Source: the human T2T-CHM13v2.0 reference genome, Homo sapiens
Assembly (NCBI RefSeq): GCF_009914755.1
Contig: NC_060948.1
Length of the DNA stretch: 64,000 bases
Direction: 5' to 3' (one strand)
The notes under the pieces were generated by a model. It was given only the letters and a program-made list of their open reading frames with translations, was not told the origin of the DNA and searched no databases. The translations under genes and the position numbers were made by a program. This document shows positions 36,174 through 57,945 of the stretch, in pieces (positions within the stretch are counted from its first letter, which is position 1; each line of letters starts with the position of its first letter).

Positions 36174-38278
36174 AGATCCATATTTTTTAAATGAAAAAAA
36201 ATTTGAAAGGTACTCTGCTTGGTACAATAATCAAATGTATAAACTGAGGAATAAAACATAACCATGAAACCTACTTATAACTGCATATGGAAAATACAGA
36301 GGATAATTTTTTAAATAACATATTTTGAAAGCCTTAACTAGTAATTTGAAGAGTTGGCATTTGAAAGGACAGTATGAATATACCTTCAAAGCAGCAACAC
36401 AGGTTCCCCATGAGAAAAAGCAAACTCAGGGAAAATAAAACCACAAAGGTTCAATCTCTTCTGACCTTTGAAAGACACAGCACAGACAGTGGTCCTTAGG
36501 ACGAAGAGCAGGAGACCCCTAATTCCGTCACCATGGCGATAGGGCATAAACATTGCTGGGTGAGGGCACAATCCACATTGTGAGGTCCAACTGCTGCCAG
36601 GAAGACAGGAGTGCTTTTACATAGACCGAAAGGTCATTGAAGGCTCAGAGTTTTGTTTCAAGAACTGAATCCCAAGCCCACACGTTATTAGGCTGCGCTT
36701 CTTAAAACAAGCTATGAGATGGGAAAAAGGGCACCCACAAACATACGTATACATTATGTATATAATAATATACAGTATCATATATATAATATATATAACC
36801 TATGTATAATATTGTTTTACATCCTGCATCTTATACTATATATATTGAATAAAATATAATAATTGATAATATATAAGTTTTATATTTATACTATATGACA
36901 TATATTATATATTATAATTTATGATATATATATTATATGTTATATATCATATATAGAATATATTATACGGTTAATATACGTATTAAATATAAATTATATA
37001 TTATATACATTATATATAATATATCTGTTATATATAATACCCATTATGCATAATATATATATTATGTCTATGTTATATATAGTATAAACCAACATATAAT
37101 AATATATAATTGTATATATAAAAGGTGACATATAATATATATTATATTTTATGACATATGAAATATATATTATATATTATATATAATACGTTGTATGTAT
37201 AATACCTATATTAAATATATATGATATGACTATGTTATTAATTACATGTCACATGTGTTATATATTATATATTTTACATACAATATACCGGTTACATACA
37301 ATATATACTATCTTACCTACAATGTATAATTTATTACATGTAAAATAAAGAATGCAGTATATTATGTATAATTTATAATATACAATATGTGGAATGTGAT
37401 ATATATAACATATAATATATGATATATGATATACAGTATATGATATATAACATACAATATATGATACCTAATATATATGGTATACAATATATATTTTATG
37501 ATATGTATTCTATATGTTTTTTATTCTGTTATATATAACTATTTGAAATTATATATAACTGTATAATATTTTATGTAAATATGTAATATAATATATATAA
37601 CTATATAATATATTATATATAACTTTATATTATGTTATATATACTTTTATAACATAATTTACATAAAATATCATAATATAATATATATTATATTATTTCT
37701 TATTACATAATATATATTACATATCACCCAATATAAGTAACATACATAATATTATAATATAGATTATATTATGTTATATTAAATATCATATATATCATGT
37801 ATCATATATTCTATAATATATATTACACATTATATAATATGTATGTTGTCTATTATGTGATATATATAACTATATATATAATTATATTATTATACATATA
37901 ACTAGATAAACGTGTAATTCTACATATTTTCATTTATAATATATAGAATTATATAATCATATATAATTATTTATATTCTATAAAAAATTATATCATTATA
38001 TAAATTATAATATATAAAAATTAAAATATGTACTTAAAACAGATATATTATATATCATATATGATATAGTACCTTTGTTATATATCATAATACATATAAA
38101 TGTGTATTATGTTATCTATAATTATATAATTTCGTATATAAGATGTATAATATGTATTATATATTTTATATGTTACGTAATATATATAGTATATATAAGA
38201 TGACACAGGATAAATATTATATACTATGACATATAAAATATAAGGGGTTATATGTTACATATAAGGCATAGCACATAA

Positions 38279-38593
<315 letters not shown>

Positions 38594-40698
38594 AGATCCA
38601 TATTTTTTAAATGAAAAAAAATTTCAAAGGTACTCTGCTTAGTACAATAATCAAATATATAAACTGAGGAACAAAACATAACCATGAAACCTACTTATAA
38701 CTGCATATGGAAAATACAGAGGATAACTTTTTAAATAACATATTTTGAAAGGCTTAACTAGTAATTTGAAGAGTTGGCTTTTGAAAGGCCAGTATGAATA
38801 TACCTTCAAAGCAGCAACACAGGTTCCCCATGAGAAAAAGCAAACTCAGGGAAAATAAAACCACAAAGGTTCAATCTCTTCTGACCTTTGAAAGACACAG
38901 CACAGACAGTGGTCCTTAGGACGAAGAGCAGGAGACCCCTAATTCCGTCACCATGGCGATAGGGCATAAACATTGCTGGGTGAGGGCACAATCCACATTG
39001 TGAGGTCCAACTGCTGCCAGGAAGACAGGAGTGCTTTTACATAGACCGAAAGGTCATTGAAGGCTCAGAGTTTTGTTTCAAGAACTGAATCCCAAACCCA
39101 CACGTTATTAGGCTGCGCTTCTTAAAACAAGTTATGAGATGGGAAAAAGGGCACCCACAAACATACGTATACATTATGTATATAATAATATACAGTATCA
39201 TATATATAATATATATAACCTATGTATAATATTGTTTTACATCCTGCATCTTATATTATATATATTGTATAAAATATAATAATTGATAATATATAAGTTT
39301 TATATTTATACAATAAGACATATAGTATATATTATAATTTATGACATATACAATATATGTTATATATCATATATAGAATATATTATATGGTTAATATACA
39401 TATTAAATATAAATTATACATTATATATATTATATATAATATATCTGTTATATATAATACCCATTATGCATAATATATATATTATGTCTATGTTATATAT
39501 AGTATAAAACAACATATAATAATATATAATTGTATATAGAAAACGCGACATATAATATATATTATATTTTATGACATATGTAATATATATTATATATTAT
39601 ATATAATACGTTGTATGTATAATACCTATATTAAATATATATTATATGACTATGTTATTAATTACATGTCACATATGTTATATATTATATATTTTACATA
39701 GAATATTCCGGTTACCTACAATATATACTATGTTACCTATAATGTATAATTGATTACATGTAAAATAAAGAATGCAATATATTATGTATAATTTATAATA
39801 TACAATATGTGGAATGTGATACATATAACATATAATATATGATATATGATATACAGTATATGATATATAACATACAATATATGATACCTAATATATATGG
39901 TATACAATATATATTTTATGTTATGTATTCTATATGTTTTATATTCTGTTATATATAACTATTTGAAATTATATATAACTGTATAATATTTTATGTAAAT
40001 ATGAAATATAATATATATAACTATAAAATATATTATATATAACTATATATTATGTTATATATACTTTTATAACATAATTTACATAAAATATCATAATATA
40101 ATATATATTATATTATTTCACATTACATAATATATATTACATATCACCCAATATAAGTAACATACATAATATTATAATATAGATTATATTATGTTATATT
40201 AAATATCATATATATCATGTATCATATATTCTATAATATATATTATACATTATATAATATGTATGTTGTCCATTATGTGATATATATAACTATATATATA
40301 ATTATATTATTATACATATAACTAGATAAACATGTAATTCTACATATTTTCATTTATAATATATAGAATTATATAATCATATATAATTATTTATATTCTA
40401 TAAAAAATTATATCATTATATAAATTATAATATATAAAAATTATAAGATGTACTACAAATATATATATTATATATCATATATGATATAGTACCTTTGTTA
40501 TATATCATAATACATATAAATGTGTATTATGTTATCTATAATTTTATAATTTCATATATAAGATGTATAATATGTATTATATATTGTATATGTTACGTAA
40601 TATATATAGTATATATAAGCTGACACAGGATAAATATTATATACTATGACATATAAAATATATGAGGTTATATGTTACATATAAGGCATAGCACATAA

Positions 40699-41013
<315 letters not shown>

Positions 41014-43118
41014 AGATCCATATTTTCTAAATGAAAAAAAATTTCAAAGGTACTCTGCTTGGTACAATAATCAAATGTATAAACTGAGGAATAAAACATA
41101 ACCATGAAACCTACTTATAACTGCATATGGAAAATACAGAGGATAATTTTTTAAATAACATATTTTGAAAGCCTTAACTAGTAATTTGCAGAGTTGGCAT
41201 TTGAAAGGCCAGTATGAATATACCTTCAAAGCAGCAACACAGGTTCCCCATGAGAAAAAGCAAACTCAGGGAAAATAAAACCACAAAGGTTCAATCTCTT
41301 CTGACCTTTGAAAGACACAGCACAGACAGTGGTCCTTAGGACGAAGAGCAGGAGACCCCTATTTCCGTCACCATGGCGATAGGGCATAAACATTGCTGGG
41401 TGAGGGCACAATCCACATTGTGAGGTCCAACTGCTGCCAGGAAGACAGGAGTGCTTTTACATAGACCGAAAGGTCATTGAAGGCTCAGAGTTTTGTTTCA
41501 AGAACTGAATCCCAAGCCCACACGTTATTAGGCTGCGCTTCTTAAAACAAGTTATGAGATGGGAAAAAGGGCACCCACAAACATACGTATACATTATGTA
41601 TATAATAATATACAGTATCATATATATAATATATATAACCTATGTATAATATTGTTTTACATCCTGCATCTTCTGTTATATATATTGTATAAAATATAAT
41701 AATTGATAATATATAAGTTTTATATATATACAATATGACATATAGTATATATTATAATTTATAACATATATAATATATGTTATATATCATATATAGAATA
41801 TATTATACGGTTAATATACGTATTAAATATAAATTATACATTATATATATTATATATAATATATCTGTTATATATAATACCCATTATGCATAATATATAT
41901 ATTATGTCTATGTTATATATAGTATAAAACAACACATAATAACATATAATTGTATATATAAAATGCGACATATAATATATATTATATTTTATGACATATG
42001 TAATATATAGTATATATTATATATAATACGTTGTATGTATAATTCCTATATTAAATATATATTATATGACTATGTTATTAATTACATGTCACATATGTTA
42101 TATATTATATATTTTACATAGAATATACCGGTTACATACAATATATACTATGTTACCTATAATGTATAATTTATTACATGTAAAATAAAGATTGCAATAT
42201 ATTATGTATAATTTATAATATACAATATGTGGAATGTGATATATATAACATATAATATATGATATGTGATATACAGTATATGATATATAACATACAATAT
42301 ATGATACCTAATATATATGGTATACAATATATATTTTATGATATGTATTCTATATGTTTTATATTCTGTTATATATAACTATTTGAAATTATATATAACT
42401 GTATAATATTTTATGTAAATATGTAATATAATATATATAACTATATAATATATTATATATAACTATATATTATGTTATATATACTTTTATAACATAATTT
42501 ACATAAAATATCATAATATAATATATGTTATATTATTTCACATTACATAATATATATTACATATCACCCAATATAAGTAACATACATAATATTATAATAT
42601 AGATTATATTATGTTATGTTAAATATCATATATATCATGTATCATATATTCTATAATATATATTATACATTATATAATATGTATGTTGTCTATTATGTGA
42701 TATATATAACTACATATATAATTATATTATTATACATATAACTAGATAAACATGTAATTCTACATATTTTCATTTATAATATATAGAATTATATAATCAT
42801 ATATAATTATTTATATTCTATAAAAAATTATATCATTATATAAATTATAATATATAAAAATTATAATATGTACTACAAATATATATATTATATATCATAT
42901 ATGATATAGTACCTTTGTTATATATCATAATACATATAAATGTGTATTATGTTATCTATAATTATATAATTTCATATATAAGATGTATAATATGTATTAT
43001 ATATTATATATGTTATGTAATATATATAGTATATATAAGATGACACAGGATAAATATTATATACTATGACATATAAAATATATGAGGTTATATGTTACAT
43101 ATAAGGCATAGCACATAA

Positions 43119-43433
<315 letters not shown>

Positions 43434-45536
43434 AGATCCATATTTTTTAAATGAAAAAAAATTTCAAAGGTACTCTGATTGGTACAATAATCAAATGTAT
43501 AAACTGAGGAATAAAACATAACCATGAAACCTACTTATAACTGCATATGGAAAATACAGAGGATAATTTTTTAAATAACATATTTTGAAAGCCTTAACTA
43601 GTAGTTTGAAGAGTTGGCATTTGAAAGGCCAGTATGAATATACCTTCAAAGCAGCAACACAGGTTCCCCATGAGAAAAAGCAAACACAGGGAAAATAAAA
43701 CCACAAATGTTCAATCTCTTCTGACCTATGAAAGACACAGCACAGACAGTGGTCCTTAGGACGAAGAGCAGGAGACCCCTAATTCCATCACCATGGCGAT
43801 AGGGCATAAACATTGCTGGGTGAGGGCACAATCCACATTGTGAGGTCCAACTGCTGCCAGGAAGACAGGAGTGCTTTTACATAGACCGAAAGGTCATTGA
43901 AGTTTCAGAGTTTTGTTTCAAGAACTGAATCCCAACCCCACACGTTATTAGGCTGCGCTTCTTAAAACAAGTTATGAGATGGGAAAAAGGGCACCCACAA
44001 ACATACGTATACATTACGTATATAATAATATACAGTATCATATATATAATATATATAACCTATGTATAATATTGTTTTACATCCTGCATCTTATATTATG
44101 TATATTGTATAAAATATAATTATTGATAATATATAAAATTTATATTTATACAATATGACATATAGTATATATTATAATTTATGACATATATAATATATGT
44201 TATATATCATATATAGAATATATTATACGGTTAATATACGTATTAAATATAAATTATACATTATATATATTATATATAATATTTCTGTTATATATAATAC
44301 CCATTATGCATAATATATATATTATGTGTATGTTATATATAGTATAAAACAACATATAATAATATATAATTGTATATATAATATGCGACATATAATATAT
44401 ATTATATTTTATGACATATGTTATAAATATTATATATTATATATAATACGTTGTATGTATAATACCTATATTAAATATATATTATATGACTATGTTATTA
44501 ATTACATGTCACATATGTTATATATTATATATTTTACATAGAATATACCGGTTACATACAATATATACTATGTTACCTATAATGTATAATATATTACATG
44601 TAAAATAAAGAATGCAATATATTATGTATAATTTATAATATACAATATGTGGAATGTGATATATATAACATATAATATATGATATATGATATACAGTATA
44701 TGATATATAACATACAATATATGATACATAATATATATGGTATACAATATATATTTTATGATATGTATTCTATATGTTTTATATTCTGTTATATATAACT
44801 ATTTGAAATTATATATAACTGTATAATATTTTATGTAAATATGTAATATTATATATAACTATGTAATATATTATATATAACTATATATTATGTTATATAT
44901 ACTTTTATAACATAATTTACATAAAATATCATAATATAATATATATTATATTATTTCATATTACATAATATATATTACATATCACCCAATATAAGTAACA
45001 TACATAATATTATAATATAGATTATATTCTGTTATATTAAATATCATATATATCATGTATCATATATTCTATAATATATATTATACATTATATAATATGT
45101 ATGTTGTCTATTATGTGATATATATAACTATATATATAATTATATTATTATACATATAACTAGATAAACATGTAATTCTACATATTTTCATTTATAATAT
45201 ATAGAATTATATAATCATATATAATTATTTATATTCTATAAAAAATTATAGCTTTATATAAATTATAATATATAAAAATTATAATATGTACTACAAATAT
45301 ATATATTGTATATCATATATGATATAGTACCTTTGTTATATATGATAATACATATAAATGTGTATTATGTTATCTATAATTATATAATTTCATATATAAG
45401 ATGTATAATATTTATTATATATTACATATGTTATGTAATATATATAGTATATATAAGATGACACAGGATAAATATTATATACTATGACATATAAAATATA
45501 TGAGGTTATATGTTACATATAAGGCATAGCACATAA

Positions 45537-45851
<315 letters not shown>

Positions 45852-47977
45852 AGATCCATATTTTCTAAATGAAAAAAAATTTCAAAGGTACTCTGCTTGG
45901 TACAATAATCAAATGTATAAACTGAGGAATAAAACATAACCATGAAACCTACTTATAACTGCATATGGAAAATACAGAGGATAATTTTTTAAATAACATA
46001 TTTTGAAAGCCTTAACTAGTAATTTGCAGAGTTGGCATTTGAAAGGCCAGTATGAATATACCTTCAAAGCAGCAACACAGGTTCCCCATGAGAAAAAGCA
46101 AACTCAGGGAAAATAAAACCACAAAGGTTCAATCTCTTCTGACCTTTGAAAGACACAGCACAGACAGTGGTCCTTAGGACGAAGAGCAGGAGACCCCTAT
46201 TTCCGTCACCATGGCGATAGGGCATAAACATTGCTGGGTGAGGGCACAATCCACATTGTGAGGTCCAACTGCTGCCAGGAAGACAGGAGTGCTTTTACAT
46301 AGACCGAAAGGTCATTGAAGGCTCAGAGTTTTGTTTCAAGAACTGAATCCCAAGCCCACACGTTATTAGGCTGCGCTTCTTAAAACAAGTTATGAGATGG
46401 GAAAAAGGGCACCCACAAACATACGTATACATTATGTATATAATAATATACAGTATCATATATATAATATATATAACCTATGTATAATATTGTTTTACAT
46501 CCTGCATCTTATATTATGTATATTGTATAAAATATAATTATTGATAATATATAAAATTTATATTTATACAATATGACATATAGTATATATTATAATTTAT
46601 GACATATATAATATATGTTATATATCATATATAGAATATATTATACGGTTAATATACGTATTAAATATAAATTATACATTATATATATTATATATAATAT
46701 TTCTGTTATATATAATACCCATTATGCATAATATATATATTATGTGTATGTTATATATAGTATAAAACAACATATAATAATATATAATTGTATATATAAT
46801 ATGCGACATATAATATATATTATATTTTATGACATATGTTATAAATATTATATATTATATATAATACGTTGTATGTATAATACCTATATTAAATATATAT
46901 TATATGACTATGTTATTAATTACATGTCACATATGTTATATATTATATATTTTACATAGAATATACCGGTTACATACAATATATACTATGTTACCTATAA
47001 TGTATAATATATTACATGTAAAATAAAGAATGCAATATATTATGTATAATTTATAATATACAATATGTGGAATGTGATATATATAACATATAATATATGA
47101 TATATGATATACAGTATATGATATATAACATACAATATATGATACATAATATATATGGTATACAATATATATTTTATGATATGTATTCTATATGTTTTAT
47201 ATTCTGTTATATATAACTATTTGAAATTATATATAACTGTATAATATTTTATGTAAATATGTAATATTATATATAACTATGTAATATATTATATATAACT
47301 ATATATTATGTTATATATACTTTTATAACATAATTTACATAAAATATCATAATATAATATATATTATATTATTTCATATTACATAATATATATTACATAT
47401 CACCCAATATAAGTAACATACATAATATTATAATATAGATTATATTCTGTTATATTAAATATCATATATATCATGTATCATATATTCTATAATATATATT
47501 ATACATTATATAATATGTATGTTGTCTATTATGTGATATATATAACTATATATATAATTATATTATTATACATATAACTAGATAAACATGTAATTCTACA
47601 TATTTTCATTTATAATATATAGAATTATATAATCATATATAATTATTTATATTCTATAAAAAATTATAGCTTTATATAAATTATAATATATAAAAATTAT
47701 AATATGTATTACAAATATATATATTGTATATCATATATGATATAGTACCTTTGTTATATATGATAATACATATAAATGTGTATTATGTTATCTATAATTA
47801 TATAATTTCATATATAAGATGTATAATATTTATTATATATTACATATGTTATGTAATATATATAGTATATATAAGATGACACAGGATAAATATTATATAC
47901 TATGACATATAAAATATATGAGGTTATATGTTACATATAAGACATAGCACATAACATGTAATATATATCATATATAA

Positions 47978-48269
<292 letters not shown>

Positions 48270-50374
48270 AGATCCATATTTTCTAAATGAAAAAAAATTT
48301 CAAAGGTACTCTGCTTGGTACAATAATCAAATGTATAAACTGAGGAATAAAACATAACCATGAAACCTACTTATAACTGCATATGGAAAATACAGAGGAT
48401 AATTTTTTAAATAACATATTTTGAAAGCCTTAACTAGTAATTTGCAGAGTTGGCATTTGAAAGGCCAGTATGAATATACCTTCAAAGCAGCAACACAGGT
48501 TCCCCATGAGAAAAAGCAAACTCAGGGAAAATAAAACCACAAAGGTTCAATCTCTTCTGACCTTTGAAAGACACAGCACAGACAGTGTTCCTTAGGACGA
48601 AGAGCAGGAGACCCCTATTTCCGTCACCATGGCGATAGGGCATAAACATTGCTGGGTGAGGGCACAATCCACATTGTGAGGTCCAACTGCTGCCAGGAAG
48701 ACAGGAGTGCTTTTACATAGACCGAAAGGTCATTGAAGGCTCAGAGTTTTGTTTCAAGAACTGAATCCCAAGCCCACACGTTATTAGGCTGCGCTTCTTA
48801 AAACAAGTTATGAGATGGGAAAAAGGGCACCCACAAACATACGTATACATTATGTATATAATAATATACAGTATCATATATATAATATATATAACCTATG
48901 TATAATATTGTTTTACATCCTGCATCTTCTGTTATATATATTGTATAAAATATAATAATTGATAATATATAAGTTTTATATATATACAATATGACATATA
49001 GTATATATTATAATTTATAACATATATAATATATGTTATATATCATATATAGAATATATTATACGGTTAATATACGTATTAAATATAAATTATACATTAT
49101 ATATATTATATATAATATATCTGTTATATATAATACCCATTATGCATAATATATATATTATGTCTATGTTATATATAGTATAAAACAACACATAATAACA
49201 TATAATTGTATATATAAAATGCGACATATAATATATATTATATTTTATGACATATGTAATATATAGTATATATTATATATAATACGTTGTATGTATAATT
49301 CCTATATTAAATATATATTATATGACTATGTTATTAATTACATGTCACATATGTTATATATTATATATTTTACATAGAATATACCGGTTACATACAATAT
49401 ATACTATGTTACCTATAATGTATAATTTATTACATGTAAAATAAAGATTGCAATATATTATGTATAATTTATAATATACAATATGTGGAATGTGATATAT
49501 ATAACATATAATATATGATATATGATATACAGTATATGATATATAACATACAATATATGATACCTAATATATATGGTATACAATATATATTTTATGATAT
49601 GTATTCTATATGTTTTATATTCTGTTATATATAACTATATGAAATTATATATAACTGTATAATATTTTATGTAAATATGTAATATAATATATATAACTAT
49701 ATAATATATTATATATAACTATATATTATGTTATATATACTTTTATAACATAATTTACATAAAATATCATAATATAATATATATTATATTATTTCACATT
49801 ACATAATATATATTACATATCACCCAATATAAGTAACATACATAATATTATAATATAGATTATATTATGTTATGTTAAATATCATATATATCATGTATCA
49901 TATATTCTATAATATATATTATACATTATATAATATGTATGTTGTCTATTATGTGATATATATAACTATATATATAATTATATTATTATACATATAACTA
50001 GATAAACATGTAATTCTACATATTTTCATTTATAATATATAGAATTATATAATCATATATAATTATTTATATTCTATAAAAAATTATATCATTATATAAA
50101 TTATAATATATAAAAATTATAATATGTACTACAAATATATATATTATATATCATATATGATATAGTACCTTTGTTATATATCATAATACATATAAATGTG
50201 TATTATGTTATCTATAATTATATAATTTCATATATAAGATGTATAATATGTATTATATATTATATATGTTATGTAATATATATAGTATATATAAGATGAC
50301 ACAGGATAAATATTATATACTATGACATATAAAATATATGAGGTTATATGTTACATATAAGGCATAGCACATAA

Positions 50375-50689
<315 letters not shown>

Positions 50690-52792
50690 AGATCCATATT
50701 TTTTAAATGAAAAAAAATTTCAAAGGTACTCTGCTTGGTACAATAATCAAATGTATAAACTGAGGAATAAAACATAACCATGAAACCTACTTATAACTGC
50801 ATATGGAAAATACAGAGGATAATTTTTTAAATAACATATTTTGAAAGCCTTAACTAGTAGTTTGAAGAGTTGGCATTTGAAAGGCCAGTATGAATATACC
50901 TTCAAAGCAGCAACACAGGTTCCCCATGAGAAAAAGCAAACTCAGGGAAAATAAAACCACAAATGTTCAATCTCTTCTGACCTATGAAAGACACAGCACA
51001 GACAGTGGTCCTTAGGACGAAGAGCAGGAGACCCCTAATTCCGTCACCATGGCGATAGGGCATAAACATTGCTGGGTGAGGGCACAATCCACATTGTGAG
51101 GTCCAACTGCTGCCAGGAAGACAGGAGTGCTTTTACATAGACCGAAAGGTCATTGAAGTTTCAGAGTTTTGTTTCAAGAACTGAATCCCAACCCCACACG
51201 TTATTAGGCTGCGCTTCTTAAAACAAGTTATGAGATGGGAAAAAGGGCACCCACAAACATACGTATACATTATGTATATAATAATATACAGTATCATATA
51301 TATAATATATATAACCTATGTATAATATTGTTTTACATCCTGCATCTTATATTATGTATATTGTATAAAATATAATTATTGATAATATATAAAATTTATA
51401 TTTATACAATATGACATATAGTATATATTATAATTTATGACATATATAATATATGTTATATATCATATATAGAATATATTATACGGTTAATATACGTATT
51501 AAATATAAATTATACATTATATATATTATATATAATATTTCTGTTATATATAATACCCATTATGCATAATATATATATTATGTGTATGTTATATATAGTA
51601 TAAAACAACATATAATAATATATAATTGTATATATAAAATGCGACATATAATATATATTATATTTTATGACATATGTTATAAATATTATATATTATATAT
51701 AATACGTTGTATGTATAATACCTATATTAAATATATATTATATGACTATGTTATTAATTACATGTCACATATGTTATATATTATATATTTTACATAGAAT
51801 ATACCGGTTACATACAATATATACTATGTTACCTATAATGTATAATATATTACATGTAAAATAAAGAATGCAATATATTATGTATAATTTATAATATACA
51901 ATATGTGGAATGTGATATATATAACATATAATATATGATATATGATATACAGTATATGATATATAACATACAATATATGATACATAATATATATGGTATA
52001 CAATATATATTTTATGATATGTATTCTATATGTTTTATATTCTGTTATATATAACTATTTGAAATTATATATAACTGTATAATATTTTATGTAAATATGT
52101 AATATTATATATAACTATGTAATATATTATATATAACTATATATTATGTTATATATACTTTTATAACATAATTTACATAAAATATCATAATATAATATAT
52201 ATTATATTATTTCATATTACATAATATATATTACATATCACCCAATATAAGTAACATACATAATATTATAATATAGATTATATTATGTTATATTAAATAT
52301 CATATATATCATGTATCATATATTCTATAATATATATTATACATTATATAATATGTATGTTGTCTATTAAGTGATATATATAACTATATATATAATTATA
52401 TTATTATACATATAACTAGATAAACATGTAATTCTACATATTTTCATTTATAATATATAGAATTATATAATCATATATAATTATTTATATTCTATAAAAA
52501 ATTATAGCTTTATATAAATTATAATATATAAAAATTATAATATGTACTACAAATATATATATTGTATATCATATATGATATAGTACCTTTGTTATATATG
52601 ATAATACATATAAATGTGTATTATGTTATCTATAATTATATAATTTCATATATAAGATGTATAATATTTATTATATATTACATATGTTATGTAATATATA
52701 TAGTATATATAAGATGACACAGGATAAATATTATATACTATGACATATAAAATATATGAGGTTATATGTTACATATAAGGCATAGCACATAA

Positions 52793-53107
<315 letters not shown>

Positions 53108-55212
53108 AGATCCATATTTTCTAAATGAAAAAAAATTTCAAAGGTACTCTGCTTGGTACAATAATCAAATGTATAAACTGAGGAATAAAACATAACCATG
53201 AAACCTACTTATAACTGCATATGGAAAATACAGAGGATAATTTTTTAAATAACATATTTTGAAAGCCTTAACTAGTAATTTGAAGAGTTGGCATTTGAAA
53301 GGCCAGTATGAATATACCTTCAAAGCAGCAACACAGGTTCCCCATGAGAAAAAGCAAACTCAGGGAAAATAAAACCACAAAGGTTCAATCTCTTCTGACC
53401 TTTGAAAGACACAGCACAGACAGTGGTCCTTAGGACGAAGAGCAGGAGACCCCTATTTCCGTCACCATGGCGATAGGGCATAAACATTGCTGGGTGAGGG
53501 CACAATCCACATTGTGAGGTCCAACTGCTGCCAGGAAGACAGGAGTGCTTTTACATAGACCGAAAGGTCATTGAAGGCTCAGAGTTTTGTTTCAAGAACT
53601 GAATCCCAAGCCCACACGTTATTAGGCTGCGCTTCTTAAAACAAGTTATGAGATGGGAAAAAGGGCACCCACAAACATACGTATACATTATGTATATAAT
53701 AATATACAGTATCATATATATAATATATATAACCTATGTATAATATTGTTTTACATCCTGCATCTTCTGTTATATATATTGTATAAAATATAATAATTGA
53801 TAATATATAAGTTTTATATATATACAATATGACATATAGTATATATTATAATTTATAACATATATAATATATGTTATATATCATATATAGAATATATTAT
53901 ACGGTTAATATACGTATTAAATATAAATTATACATTATATATATTATATATAATATATCTGTTATATATAATACCCATTATGCATAATATATATATTATG
54001 TCTATGTTATATATAGTATAAAACAACACATAATAACATATAATTGTATATATAAAATGCGACATATAATATATATTATATTTTATGACATATGTAATAT
54101 ATAGTATATATTATATATAATACGTTGTATGTATAATTCCTATATTAAATATATATTATATGACTATGTTATTAATTACATGTCACATATGTTATATATT
54201 ATATATTTTACATAGAATATACCGGTTACATACAATATATACTATGTTACCTATAATGTATAATTTATTACATGTAAAATAAAGATTGCAATATATTATG
54301 TATAATTTATAATATACAATATGTGGAATGTGATATATATAACATATAATATATGATATATGATATACAGTATATGATATATAACATACAATATATGATA
54401 CCTAATATATATGGTATACAATATATATTTTATGATATGTATTCTATATGTTTTATATTCTGTTATATATAACTATATGAAATTATATATAACTGTATAA
54501 TATTTTATGTAAATATGTAATATAATATATATAACTATATAATATATTATATATAACTATATATTATGTTATATATACTTTTATAACATAATTTACATAA
54601 AATATCATAATATAATATATATTATATTATTTCACATTACATAATATATATTACATATCACCCAATATAAGTAACATACATAATATTATAATATAGATTA
54701 TATTATGTTATGTTAAATATCATATATATCATGTATCATATATTCTATAATATATATTATACATTATATAATATGTATGTTGTCTATTATGTGATATATA
54801 TAACTATATATATAATTATATTATTATACATATAACTAGATAAACATGTAATTCTACATATTTTCATTTATAATATATAGAATTATATAATCATATATAA
54901 TTATTTATATTCTATAAAAAATTATATCATTATATAAATTATAATATATAAAAATTATAATATGTACTACAAATATATATATTATATATCATATATGATA
55001 TAGTACCTTTGTTATATATCATAATACATATAAATGTGTATTATGTTATCTATAATTATATAATTTCATATATAAGATGTATAATATGTATTATATATTA
55101 TATATGTTATGTAATATATATAGTATATATAAGATGACACAGGATAAATATTATATACTATGACATATAAAATATATGAGGTTATATGTTACATATAAGG
55201 CATAGCACATAA

Positions 55213-55527
<315 letters not shown>

Positions 55528-57630
55528 AGATCCATATTTTTTAAATGAAAAAAAATTTCAAAGGTACTCTGATTGGTACAATAATCAAATGTATAAACTG
55601 AGGAATAAAACATAACCATGAAACCTACTTATAACTGCATATGGAAAATACAGAGGATAATTTTTTAAATAACATATTTTGAAAGCCTTAACTAGTAGTT
55701 TGAAGAGTTGGCATTTGAAAGGCCAGTATGAATATACCTTCAAAGCAGCAACACAGGTTCCCCATGAGAAAAAGCAAACTCAGGGAAAATAAAACCACAA
55801 ATGTTCAATCTCTTCTGACCTATGAAAGACACAGCACAGACAGTGGTCCTTAGGACGAAGAGCAGGAGACCCCTAATTCCGTCACCATGGCGATAGGGCA
55901 TAAACATTGCTGGGTGAGGGCACAATCCACATTGTGAGGTCCAACTGCTGCCAGGAAGACAGGAGTGCTTTTACATAGACCGAAAGGTCATTGAAGTTTC
56001 AGAGTTTTGTTTCAAGAACTGAATCCCAACCCCACACGTTATTAGGCTGCGCTTCTTAAAACAAGTTATGAGATGGGAAAAAGGGCACCCACAAACATAC
56101 GTATACATTATGTATATAATAATATACAGTATCATATATATAATATATATAACCTATGTATAATATTGTTTTACATCCTGCATCTTATATTATGTATATT
56201 GTATAAAATATAATTATTGATAATATATAAAATTTATATTTATACAATATGACATATAGTATATATTATAATTTATGACATATATAATATATGTTATATA
56301 TCATATATAGAATATATTATACGGTTAATATACGTATTAAATATAAATTATACATTATATATATTATATATAATATTTCTGTTATATATAATACCCATTA
56401 TGCATAATATATATATTATGTGTATGTTATATATAGTATAAAACAACATATAATAATATATAATTGTATATATAAAATGCGACATATAATATATATTATA
56501 TTTTATGACATATGTTATAAATATTATATATTATATATAATACGTTGTATGTATAATACCTATATTAAATATATATTATATGACTATGTTATTAATTACA
56601 TGTCACATATGTTATATATTATATATTTTACATAGAATATACCGGTTACATACAATATATACTATGTTACCTATAATGTATAATATATTACATGTAAAAT
56701 AAAGAATGCAATATATTATGTATAATTTATAATATACAATATGTGGAATGTGATATATATAACATATAATATATGATATATGATATACAGTATATGATAT
56801 ATAACATACAATATATGATACATAATATATATGGTATACAATATATATTTTATGATATGTATTCTATATGTTTTATATTCTGTTATATATAACTATTTGA
56901 AATTATATATAACTGTATAATACTTTATGTAAATATGTAATATTATATATAACTATGTAATATATTATATATAACTATATATTATGTTATATATACTTTT
57001 ATAACATAATTTACATAAAATATCATAATATAATATATATTATATTATTTCATATTACATAATATATATTACATATCACCCAATATAAGTAACATACATA
57101 ATATTATAATATAGATTATATTATGTTATATTAAATATCATATATATCATGTATCATATATTCTATAATATATATTATACATTATATAATATGTATGTTG
57201 TCTATTAAGTGATATATATAACTATATATATAATTATATTATTATACATATAACTAGATAAACATGTAATTCTACATATTTTCATTTATAATATATAGAA
57301 TTATATAATCATATATAATTATTTATATTCTATAAAAAATTATAGCTTTATATAAATTATAATATATAAAAATTATAATATGTACTACAAATATATATAT
57401 TGTATATCATATATGATATAGTACCTTTGTTATATATGATAATACATATAAATGTGTATTATGTTATCTATAATTATATAATTTCATATATAAGATGTAT
57501 AATATTTATTATATATTACATATGTTATGTAATATATATAGTATATATAAGATGACACAGGATAAATATTATATACTATGACATATAAAATATATGAGGT
57601 TATATGTTACATATAAGGCATAGCACATAA

Positions 57631-57945
<315 letters not shown>
